A DNA stretch of 35,188 nt from positions 1 through 35,188 of the forward strand of contig CBDVEE010000001.1 in the NCBI GenBank assembly GCA_965372925.1. The letters are read 5' to 3'. A model generated the notes under the pieces. It was given only the letters and a program-made list of their open reading frames with translations. It was not told the origin of the DNA and did no database searches. How positions within the stretch are numbered: the stretch's first letter is position 1; each line of letters begins with the position of its first letter. Below, in pieces: positions 25,088-33,321 of this stretch. A program made the translations under genes and the position numbers. Origin of the DNA: an uncultured archaeon (GTDB lineage: Archaea; Nanobdellota; Nanobdellia; Pacearchaeales; GW2011-AR1).

Positions 25088-26332
25088 TTAATAAAAACAA
25101 AAACTCTTGCACAACTCTCTAACTTCTCCCCGAATTTTTTCACGAACAGATTCATTAGACATCTGATTTATCACATCCGCAATCCAGTTTCCAACAATTA
25201 TCATCTCGTCTTCTTTCATTCCCATCGTAGTCAAAATCGGGACACCTAAGCGAATCCCAGAAGGCTTGAAGGGAGTTGAAGGATCAAAAGGAATTGTGTT
25301 TGCGTTTGTAATAATTCCTGCTTCTTCTAATGCAATTGCAATTTTTTTACCATGTCCAGCCTCGGCAATTGAAAGTGTTTTAATTAAATCAATCAAAATC
25401 AGATGATTATCAGTCCCATCACTCACCAAACTAATTTTTCTCTTCCTCAGCGTATCGGCAAGCACGGCACAATTCTTAACAATCTGCCGAGAGTATTCTC
25501 TAAATGAAGGTTTCAGTGCCTCACCAAAAGCAATCGCCTTCCCAGCAATGGTATGTTCGTGAGGACCGCCTTGCAACCCCGGGAAAACCGCTTTATCAAC
25601 AGCCTGAGCAAATTCCTTCTTACACATAATAATCGCACTACGCGGACCCCTCAAAGTCTTGTGTGTAGTCGTCGTAACAAAATCAAAATCTGGAAATGGA
25701 CTTGGATGAACACCCGAAGCAACCAACCCAGCAACATGAGAAATGTCCGCCAAACAATAAGCATCAATTTCCTTAGCAATATTAGCAAACTCCTTGAAAT
25801 CAACAACCCTCGGATAAGCAGTCGCTCCACAAACAATCATCTTCGGTCTTTCTTTCAAGGCAATCTCGCGAACTTTTTTCATATCAACCAAACAAGTTTC
25901 TCTCTCGACGCCATACGAAACAAACTCATAATCTTTCCCAGAAAAATTCACAGGCGAACCGTGTGTCAAATGCCCACCATGGCTCAAATCCATCCCAAGA
26001 ATTTTATCTCCTTTTTCAAGCACCGCCATATAAACCGCCATATTTGCAGGACTCCCAGAATTCGGTTGCACATTTACATGCTCCGCCCCGAACAATTTTT
26101 TAGCACGTTCAATTGCTAAATTCTCAATTTCATCACAAAACTTATTTCCCTGATAATACCGACGTCCTGGATAACCCTCCGCATATTTATTACCCAAAAC
26201 CGAACCACACGCTGCCATAACATCTTTTGAACAAAAATTTTCCGAAGGTATCATATTTAGAGTTTCTTTCTGCCTTTGCAATTCTGCCTGAATAATATCA
26301 TTCACCTCTTTATCCGAAATCCAAAAACTCAT
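25088..26332 (-). CDS. glyA: Serine hydroxymethyltransferase
   Basis: The PLP-Lys region is VTTTTHKTLRGPR. Also present are GYPGRRYY and SHGGHLTHG. An ATGA overlap links it to the upstream Tmk-ThyX gene. Confidence 0.95.
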   Translation of the reverse strand: MSFWISDKEVNDIIQAELQRQKETLNMIPSENFCSKDVMAACGSVLGNKYAEGYPGRRYYQGNKFCDEIENLAIERAKKLFGAEHVNVQPNSGSPANMAVYMAVLEKGDKILGMDLSHGGHLTHGSPVNFSGKDYEFVSYGVERETCLVDMKKVREIALKERPKMIVCGATAYPRVVDFKEFANIAKEIDAYCLADISHVAGLVASGVHPSPFPDFDFVTTTTHKTLRGPRSAIIMCKKEFAQAVDKAVFPGLQGGPHEHTIAGKAIAFGEALKPSFREYSRQIVKNCAVLADTLRKRKISLVSDGTDNHLILIDLIKTLSIAEAGHGKKIAIALEEAGIITNANTIPFDPSTPFKPSGIRLGVPILTTMGMKEDEMIIVGNWIADVINQMSNESVREKIRGEVRELCKSFCFY

Positions 26333-28563
26333 ATCAAACTTCTTTTAGCTTCTGTCTTCTCTTCTGCCTTAAGTCGACCAAGCTCCTCCTTAGAATAATT
26401 ACAAATAATATATTTCGATAAAAGTGGATATTCTTCACTCATAATTTCGTATATTTTACGAACAATTTTTCTATATGAATCGTGCGCCATCGGAGTCGTT
26501 CTTAATTTAATAAAATAATGAAGCTCCCTCAAATTCATTGTAATCAAAAATCTCTTTCTAAAACCGAGAGGTAAAAGATATTGAGCCTGCAAAGGATGCT
26601 TTTCCCTAACTTTCTCATAAACTTCTTTGGCTTTTTCCATCGCAAGTCGATATTCCGCCTCAACACCCGCAACAATAATATCATCAGGCACATCATATCC
26701 CAAGTCCGAAGTGAAAACAGGGTTCGTTTGTGTGCAAATTCTATGTCTTTGTAAATCACGAAAAGCCCCATAATCCATCACAATATCAAAACTAAAATAC
26801 TGATGTTCCAACTCCCTCAATGGATGGTCAAACTCTCCCATTTTCCCAAGATAACTATCAATAATTCCCTCTCTGTCAAAAGAATTCATAGATACAACTC
26901 TGCGTTCAGCTTCGGCAAAAGAGCAATTGCCATAACGATATAAAATAGAAGAAATAATCATGTTTTCAGGATCTTTAGGAAAGTTGACAAGTCTGACTTT
27001 TTCCCCATCAAAAGAATTCTCCTTAAAATTAAAAGTTTGCAAATTCTCTTGTGTCTGACAAAAATAATCTTTCTTATCAGAATGTCTCAATAAAGATGGA
27101 ATAACCTTTCCACCTTCCGTTTTTAATTTTTCACCAATTTCATTCATCTCCTTTAGAGGATGAGACAAAAGTTTAGAAATCGCATGAGACAACTGTCGAG
27201 CATTCACCGTCCAGCCAAGACTCGTTTTAGTACAGGTAGGCAACAAATAACGAATCGCGTCAAATCTTCGCGAAGCACAAGCTTTTTTCCACGCCATCTC
27301 CGAAGAGCCCTCTTTCAAGGGAACCATACCTTCAACATATTCCAAAACCGGCTCATGAAGTTTTGTATATGTTTCAAAAAGGAAATCCAACATTTCATTT
27401 ATATCATCGGCATATTCAGAATTTTTCAAAACATCATCCAAATAAAAAGAACTCCTATAAAAAGAAACATATCTCGTGGACTTCTCACAAAAAGAGCAAA
27501 GCCGATTGTCCTCGATAACTTTTGTCGCAAGAATGCTAACTCCCTCCAATCCAAGTCCAACTACCGCCCCCTCCGCAATCGAACTATGACCATAACCCAA
27601 AACCCATTTTTCCATAAAATCTATCGCCTTCTTCTCGGCATACTTAATCGCTGCACCTTGTTTGCTGTTTTTTATTTCATCCACAAGCAAACCAAAATTA
27701 GACTCATCCATTTTCAATAAATCCAAAAAACTCTCACGCAAACCCTCTTCGGAACGACTATATTTAGCTTGCATCAAAGCCCAAACCTCAGGATGAAAAT
27801 TCTTAGTAGCAAAAATTGTACTATCAAGATTCGTAAAAAAATAATCCAAAACCAACTTTTCGTCCTCGCTATATTTCAAGCGTTCCTCTAACTTCTCCCA
27901 CAACTCCTCATGAATTTCTTCTGGCGTTTTCAACGAAGCCATCGTTCCATCAGGTGCACAATTAATCATAATCCAACCATACAACTCCGCCAAATGTAAA
28001 TACGACTCCTCCGCATGTTCCATATGTTTCTTGCACCCTTCGTGTCCATCCAACTTCTCAGCCCCAGGATGAAACTCAGATTTTCGCTCACGTTCCGACA
28101 TCAACTGACGACTAACATCATATGGCATATAAAGAAACACGACAGCATCCGGCTTCGGCAACTGAAAGTTTTCATACTCAAGTTTATGCAACCACTCAAA
28201 AAATTTCTCTCTTTCAGCACGATCACGAATCTTTCCTCCCTGATGCCCCATATTCGACTCAACATATCTATCTAAAATCGTCACATTTCCTTTAGCCAAC
28301 TCGTCGTAAATAAAACCCTTAGACGCAAATCTGTCCTCCGCATAAAAAATAGAAGCAACCTTCGCCGGAATATCATTCGCATGTCCAAACTCCCCATCAA
28401 GATACCGTCGGACAATCTTCCCGGTAGGCGTAGAATAATTCGGAAAATCTAAAGTCACAACTCCCTGATTCAACTTCTTTAATTTTTCAATCAATAAATT
28501 AATCTGTGTAGACTTCCCAGAACAATCGGTCCCCTCAAAAACAATTAGCTTCCCTTCTTTCAT
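26329..28563 (-). CDS. tmk/thyX: Fusion: thymidylate kinase (N-terminal about 230 aa) plus two tandem ThyX-like (flavin-dependent thymidylate synthase) domains
   Basis: Tmk motifs are FEGTDCSGKST and DRY. ThyX-like domain 1 is GHSSIAEG...DNRLCSFCEKSTRY...NARQLSHAI. Domain 2 is HPLRELEH...RHRICTQ...MNLRELHYFIKLR. Confidence 0.8.
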   Translation of the reverse strand: MKEGKLIVFEGTDCSGKSTQINLLIEKLKKLNQGVVTLDFPNYSTPTGKIVRRYLDGEFGHANDIPAKVASIFYAEDRFASKGFIYDELAKGNVTILDRYVESNMGHQGGKIRDRAEREKFFEWLHKLEYENFQLPKPDAVVFLYMPYDVSRQLMSERERKSEFHPGAEKLDGHEGCKKHMEHAEESYLHLAELYGWIMINCAPDGTMASLKTPEEIHEELWEKLEERLKYSEDEKLVLDYFFTNLDSTIFATKNFHPEVWALMQAKYSRSEEGLRESFLDLLKMDESNFGLLVDEIKNSKQGAAIKYAEKKAIDFMEKWVLGYGHSSIAEGAVVGLGLEGVSILATKVIEDNRLCSFCEKSTRYVSFYRSSFYLDDVLKNSEYADDINEMLDFLFETYTKLHEPVLEYVEGMVPLKEGSSEMAWKKACASRRFDAIRYLLPTCTKTSLGWTVNARQLSHAISKLLSHPLKEMNEIGEKLKTEGGKVIPSLLRHSDKKDYFCQTQENLQTFNFKENSFDGEKVRLVNFPKDPENMIISSILYRYGNCSFAEAERRVVSMNSFDREGIIDSYLGKMGEFDHPLRELEHQYFSFDIVMDYGAFRDLQRHRICTQTNPVFTSDLGYDVPDDIIVAGVEAEYRLAMEKAKEVYEKVREKHPLQAQYLLPLGFRKRFLITMNLRELHYFIKLRTTPMAHDSYRKIVRKIYEIMSEEYPLLSKYIICNYSKEELGRLKAEEKTEAKRSLI

Positions 28564-28614
28564 AGTCTAATCAAATTTCAAACCTTTATAAAAAAATATG
28601 GGATGTAATATATA

Positions 28615-29001
28615 TTATTTCAAGTATTCAATAGCATTCTTCAACCACTTAGGAACATCAATATCTCTCAGTTTTTTTCTTGAAACCCAACAAAAAGAAT
28701 TTTGCTCATCACCCAAACTCACATCTCCAGAAACATACTTACATAGGTAGGTCTTCCCGTCAAGAATCAAATCTGCCACTGGTAAATCCAAATGCCACTT
28801 ATTCAAAAATCCGACAATCTCCACAACCAAACCAACCTCTTCTTTAACTTCTCTAATTAATGCTTCCTTGTCACTTTCTCCATCATCCTTTCTACCTCCA
28901 GGAACTTCATATCTGCCTCCTTCAAAATCTTTCGACTCAACAAAGAGATATTCATCTCCTCGAAAAATCAATGCTTTAACAGTTTTAAACCTCCGAACCA
29001 T
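28615..29001 (-). CDS. Nudix hydrolase (MutT-like)
   Basis: The Nudix box is GGRKDDGESDKEALIREVKEEVGL. The start was set to the ATG at 29001 (the track start is a TTG at 29016). A TATA-like ATTATTTATAG lies about 25 nt upstream. Confidence 0.8.
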   Translation of the reverse strand: MVRRFKTVKALIFRGDEYLFVESKDFEGGRYEVPGGRKDDGESDKEALIREVKEEVGLVVEIVGFLNKWHLDLPVADLILDGKTYLCKYVSGDVSLGDEQNSFCWVSRKKLRDIDVPKWLKNAIEYLK

Positions 29002-29038
29002 AAAAGAAAATCTCAAAAGAACTATAAATAATTTCCTA

Positions 29039-29986
29039 TTATTTTAAACATGAAAAAATCTTACACGCACCACAAATCTCGCCACTTGACGGCTCCCCGC
29101 ATTTTTTACATTTTTTAATTTCCCTAATATTTTCACTCCGTAACTTCGGCACTAACTTCTGAAAATTTTCAACAATCTTCATCTTCTCCCCATCACTTAT
29201 ATTGCTCATCCAATCTCTAGTATCAACTCTATATGTCCCAAACGCGCACGGGCACTTGTCATACAAAATATCAAACTTTTTCAACTTAGCATATTTCATA
29301 ATTTCAGACTCTGGAACAAAAAATAACGGCTTAACTCTTTGAACAAAACCGCCTTTTTTTTTCGCAGTCCCCAATCTCCCACTACCAAGAGTCTGCCCCA
29401 ACCAATTGGGTCTGCCCCAACTTGATTTTCCTTTATATTTGTGAGGGTATTTGTTTTGAATTTGTGAGGGTAACTCCGAATCTCTTGTAGCAACTCCCCC
29501 CGTCGCCGGTCCCGAATTCACCCCGAGCAAAATATTCCCCTTTAAGAAATTCATTAAAACATTCTGTGCTTCATCGTCGAGGTTATGTCCGGTCACCAAC
29601 TTATCCGCCCCCATTTTTTTCGCCCACTTATTTAAAATCCACTTCTTAATAGTCCCACAAACCGCACAGCCTGTCAGATTTTTTTGTTTCTTCAAAACAG
29701 CCTTAATAAAACAAATCCCTTGCCCCAATTCTTCTTTCAAATCAACAATCGTTAACAGCACATCAATCTCCCCACAAAACCTAATCATGTTTTTTTTATG
29801 AATCTTCGACCACTTACCTAAATACAAATCAATCATCAACCCCTCAATATTATAGCCCATCTTCTTCAAAATATACAACACCGAAGTCGAATCCTTCCCA
29901 CCCGACAAAGCCACAACTACCCTATCTGACTTCTTAAGTAATTTATATTTTTTAATGGTCTCCGCAACCTTCTGCTCGATGTTCAT
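29039..29986 (-). CDS. PP-loop ATPase, tRNA 2-thiolation family (TtuA/NcsA/TtcA-like), with an atypical internal insertion
   Basis: The PP-loop is VVALSGGKDS. A GHNLDDEAQ block and C-terminal CKKCGE...CGACK are present. The start was trimmed to the ATG at 29986 (MNIEQK). The insertion is described under findings. Confidence 0.8.
   Translation of the reverse strand: MNIEQKVAETIKKYKLLKKSDRVVVALSGGKDSTSVLYILKKMGYNIEGLMIDLYLGKWSKIHKKNMIRFCGEIDVLLTIVDLKEELGQGICFIKAVLKKQKNLTGCAVCGTIKKWILNKWAKKMGADKLVTGHNLDDEAQNVLMNFLKGNILLGVNSGPATGGVATRDSELPSQIQNKYPHKYKGKSSWGRPNWLGQTLGSGRLGTAKKKGGFVQRVKPLFFVPESEIMKYAKLKKFDILYDKCPCAFGTYRVDTRDWMSNISDGEKMKIVENFQKLVPKLRSENIREIKKCKKCGEPSSGEICGACKIFSCLK
29391..29472. 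repeat. Two short tandem duplications inside the TtuA-like gene
   Basis: GTCTGCCCCAAC occurs at 29391-29402 and 29410-29421 (19-nt period). ATTTGTGAGGGTA occurs at 29437-29449 and 29460-29472 (23-nt period). Confidence 0.8.
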
Positions 29987-30036
29987 ACAACTAAAATACC
30001 GAAAACATTTATAAAGAATTGTTTTTTCAATAAAAC

Positions 30037-30987
30037 ATGACAGACGAAAAGAAGAATAAAACTGATTGCAAAAAAATTCTAAAAGATTTATCGAAAAATT
30101 ATTGGACAATTTCTACCGTAGTGTTAGCAGTTTTAGTAATAGTCCTTTTAACCACAAACACATCTTCATGCAACACTACTGAAAACATAATCGAAATAAA
30201 TGAAGCTGGACAAAAAGTATTGGATTTTGCGAACAAGCAAGGTGCAAATGCAGAATTATTAAGAACGACGGATGGAGAATCACTTTACGAAGTGGTTTTA
30301 TCAATTGGCGGGCAAGAAGCTCCAGTTTATGTAACAAAGGATGGCAAAGTTTTAGTTCCTCAACCAATCCCATTAACTGGACAAGTAACAGCGCCAACTT
30401 CAACTCCGGAACCAGCTCCGACGGAAGTTCTAAAATCCGACAAACCTACAGTAGAATTATTCGTTATGACCCACTGCCCTTACGGAACTCAAGCAGAAAA
30501 AGGATTTTTACCAGTTTTAGAAAACTTTGATAAAGCAGACGCAAAAATCAGATTCGTTCATTACTTTATGCACGAGCCAGAAGAAACCGAAACTCCGAGA
30601 GAAGTCTGCATAAGAGAAGAACAATCAGACAAATTCCTTCCATACTTAAGAGAATTCCTTAAAGAAGGAAACTATGAAAATGCAATAACAATAGCAAATA
30701 TTGACGAAGCAAAAATGGATACATGTATCTCTTCTGGAAAATGGGAAGAATACTACAATGTAGATAAAGCTCTTAGTGAATCCTACGGAGTACAGGGCTC
30801 TCCAACGCTAGTTATAAACGGAGTAATTGTACAAACAGGAAGAGACTCTGCAAGTTACCTATCAGCAATCTGCTCCGCATTTAACAGCGCTCCAGAAGAA
30901 TGTAATACACTAACACTTTCAAGCACAGCACCAGCTCCAATGTGGGGATGGGATGAAACTGGAGCTAGCACAAGTGCTCAATGTTGA
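30037..30987 (+). CDS. Membrane-anchored or exported thioredoxin-fold (DsbA-like) protein
   Basis: The N-terminal TM helix is YWTISTVVLAVLVIVLLTT. A Thr/Pro-rich linker follows. The thioredoxin-fold motifs are FVMTHCPYG and GVQGSPTLVINGV (cis-Pro loop). Confidence 0.65.
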   Translation: MTDEKKNKTDCKKILKDLSKNYWTISTVVLAVLVIVLLTTNTSSCNTTENIIEINEAGQKVLDFANKQGANAELLRTTDGESLYEVVLSIGGQEAPVYVTKDGKVLVPQPIPLTGQVTAPTSTPEPAPTEVLKSDKPTVELFVMTHCPYGTQAEKGFLPVLENFDKADAKIRFVHYFMHEPEETETPREVCIREEQSDKFLPYLREFLKEGNYENAITIANIDEAKMDTCISSGKWEEYYNVDKALSESYGVQGSPTLVINGVIVQTGRDSASYLSAICSAFNSAPEECNTLTLSSTAPAPMWGWDETGASTSAQC

Positions 30988-30990
30988 ATT

Positions 30991-31617
30991 TTACAAAACC
31001 AATTCCACAAAAACATATTCTTCATTCGTCTGACTTTCTTTAATCTCCCCATCTACTTTTTCAAAAATAATCAACTTACCACTTCTACGAGGACACACTA
31101 AAACTCCACCATCGACCAAATGCTTATCTGCATAATCCCTAATAATATTTTCCTGTCCTCGCAAAATCCCCGCAGTAAAAATTATCTTATCAAACTTTTC
31201 ATCAACACTTCTGAAATCCTTTTTCAAAATCTCCACATTTTTAATCCACAACTCCTTAATTCTCTCCTCCGCTTTTTCTACCAACTCCTCAACGATCTCC
31301 AAACTTAAAACATCCCCTCTCTCTCTAACAAGATACCCAATTAAACAGGCATTCCAGCCACTCCCTGCCCCAACCTCTAAAACTTTATCTTCATCTCTCA
31401 ATCGCAAAAGTTGTAACATTCGTGCAACCGTCGAAGGCTGAGAAATAGTCTGTCCGTATCCAATTGACATCGCATTATCAACGTAGGCGAACTCTTTATT
31501 TACGTCCATAAAATTCTTTCTATCAATTTTTTCCATTGCCTCCAAAATTCTCTCATCAACATCTCCAAATGAAGATAAATATTTTTCTACGGATTTTAAC
31601 ATCTCCCTTTTGTCCAT
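30991..31617 (-). CDS. pcm: Protein-L-isoaspartate O-methyltransferase
   Basis: Motifs are GQTISQPSTVARML and the AdoMet motif VLEVGAGSGWNA. Confidence 0.9.
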   Translation of the reverse strand: MDKREMLKSVEKYLSSFGDVDERILEAMEKIDRKNFMDVNKEFAYVDNAMSIGYGQTISQPSTVARMLQLLRLRDEDKVLEVGAGSGWNACLIGYLVRERGDVLSLEIVEELVEKAEERIKELWIKNVEILKKDFRSVDEKFDKIIFTAGILRGQENIIRDYADKHLVDGGVLVCPRRSGKLIIFEKVDGEIKESQTNEEYVFVELVL

Positions 31618-31672
31618 ACATAATAAAGATAAAAGAAATATTTAAAGATTGTTAACAACCCATTCCACAAAC

Positions 31673-31798
31673 AATTTTAATTCTTAGCAGACTTAGACAA
31701 GGCGGACGGTTCCGTAGCGTCAGTGTGCCCCAACCAATAAATAATTATATTTGTGAGGGTATCATCCAACGCAGTCCAAGTCGCTAAGAATTAAAATT
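31673..31798. repeat. 126-nt hairpin or MITE-like element with terminal inverted repeats
   Basis: AATTTTAATTCTTAGC (31673-31688) is the perfect reverse complement of GCTAAGAATTAAAATT (31783-31798). The stem extends imperfectly by about 9 bp more. The GC-richer interior shares a 13-mer and a 17-mer with the TtuA-like gene insertion. Confidence 0.75.
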
Positions 31799-32987
31799 CC
31801 TTATCCAAATAAGTAATTTCATCAGAACTAAGTTTCAATCCCTTCCTAATTCCTACATCCCCCAAAATAACTCTCAATAACAAAAAATCTTTCATCGCAG
31901 TTTTCGTCGAAATATGACACATTTTCGCATATTTCTGACAAATCGTTTTCTTCTTCGCCGCTCTCTGATTCTGCAACCAAATCTTCAAAATCCTCGACGG
32001 CTTTTTATACGATACCCACCCGCTCCGATTATATTTCTTCACACTGGCAATGCCAGCTCCCAACAAAAAATACTCATAAACCATAAACCTCCAATGTCTC
32101 TGCCGACGAATCCTCCCTCTAAAAACGTCAGCCAAACTCAACGCCTCAATCGCCCGACACAACTCCTCGCCCTTATACGCCAAAGAAATATTCTCATCAA
32201 TCCACAAAAAAATATCATCAATCGGCATATTAACCTCATCATAAATTCTAATCATCTCGTCATCAATCTTCGCATTTTGAAACACATATTGTAACGCACT
32301 AAAAATAGATTGATCCCTATTCCTGTCTCCAACCTCTTTAATTAATTCCGGCGAATCCATCTTAGATAAAACCTGCAAATCATTCAACGCCGCCCGAATA
32401 TCTCCACGCGCCCTAATCGCAATCGAAGTCAAAACCTCATTCGAAACCACACAATTTTCGCTCTCGCAAACATTGTTCAAAATCCCCAACACAACTTTAT
32501 AATCAACCTCCTTCAACGGAACAATCTCCGCCTTCTTCCTCAACAAACTAAACTTTTTATTCCAAATACCATTCGCAGTAACAATCACAGGAAACACTGA
32601 CCTCTCCAACAAAACCAACAACTCACCGAGCCCTCCCCTATCCTTAGTCGCCGAAATTCCATCCACCTCATCAATCAAAATAACCTTATGTTTCTTAAAT
32701 AAACTTTTCTGCCTACTCGCCGGACCAACAATTTCTAAAATCTTCTCCTTATTCCGAAAATCTGACGCATTCAATTCCATAATCTCGGCATCCATCTCCG
32801 ACGCAATTGCATAAGCCAAACTTGTCTTCCCAATCCCTGGTGCCCCATGCAAAACAATCGCCTTCTTCTTAGGAAAACTCTTCAAAAAAAATCTTATTTT
32901 ATCTATCGCCAAATCCTGCCCTTTAATATTCTCAAACCCCTCGGGACGATACTTCTCACTCCACGGAATATTATCTACATTCATCAT
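31791..32987 (-). CDS. rfcL: Replication factor C large subunit
   Basis: The translation MMNVDNIPWSEKYRPEGFENIKGQD fits. Walker A is GAPGIGKTS and Walker B is ILIDEVDG. The start was trimmed to the ATG at 32987, 1 nt after the upstream ORF stop. Confidence 0.85.
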   Translation of the reverse strand: MMNVDNIPWSEKYRPEGFENIKGQDLAIDKIRFFLKSFPKKKAIVLHGAPGIGKTSLAYAIASEMDAEIMELNASDFRNKEKILEIVGPASRQKSLFKKHKVILIDEVDGISATKDRGGLGELLVLLERSVFPVIVTANGIWNKKFSLLRKKAEIVPLKEVDYKVVLGILNNVCESENCVVSNEVLTSIAIRARGDIRAALNDLQVLSKMDSPELIKEVGDRNRDQSIFSALQYVFQNAKIDDEMIRIYDEVNMPIDDIFLWIDENISLAYKGEELCRAIEALSLADVFRGRIRRQRHWRFMVYEYFLLGAGIASVKKYNRSGWVSYKKPSRILKIWLQNQRAAKKKTICQKYAKMCHISTKTAMKDFLLLRVILGDVGIRKGLKLSSDEITYLDKEF

Positions 32988-32988
32988 T

Positions 32989-33321
32989 TTAATCAACACC
33001 TCTTTTTTTATACTCGTTATGTTTTTGGCAAACTCTAACATAATATTCCCCACAAGTATGAATTCTTCCACCTATCAAAAAATTTGTCTGCTTTGTTATA
33101 TCAATACTCGCCACTGACTCTCGCACACCTTCTTCAAAAAGATGTATAGCTTTTCCTATGTGAAAAATATTATATCCTTCTATATCAAATTTATAAAATA
33201 AACCCTTTTCTATTTTCTCTGGCAAACATTCATTTTCTTCATCAATAGAATTCGGACATTTAAGAGTTAAATCTTTCCTGAATTCTATTCTCGTACCATC
33301 TATGATTAATTCTACTAACAT
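32989..33321 (-). CDS. Hypothetical 110-aa protein inserted between rfcS and rfcL
   Basis: Its ATG overlaps the rfcS stop (TAATG at 33319-33323). Its stop lies 1 nt before the rfcL ATG. Cys/His residues are scattered (CPNSIDEENEC...HTCGEYYVRVC). I recognise no family. Confidence 0.55.
   Translation of the reverse strand: MLVELIIDGTRIEFRKDLTLKCPNSIDEENECLPEKIEKGLFYKFDIEGYNIFHIGKAIHLFEEGVRESVASIDITKQTNFLIGGRIHTCGEYYVRVCQKHNEYKKRGVD

Noticed and set aside
29391-29472. Short tandem repeats considered as a CRISPR array
   Set aside because: Each unit has only two copies, at 19-23 nt periods, inside a coding region, with no spacer structure and no cas genes. It is not a CRISPR array.
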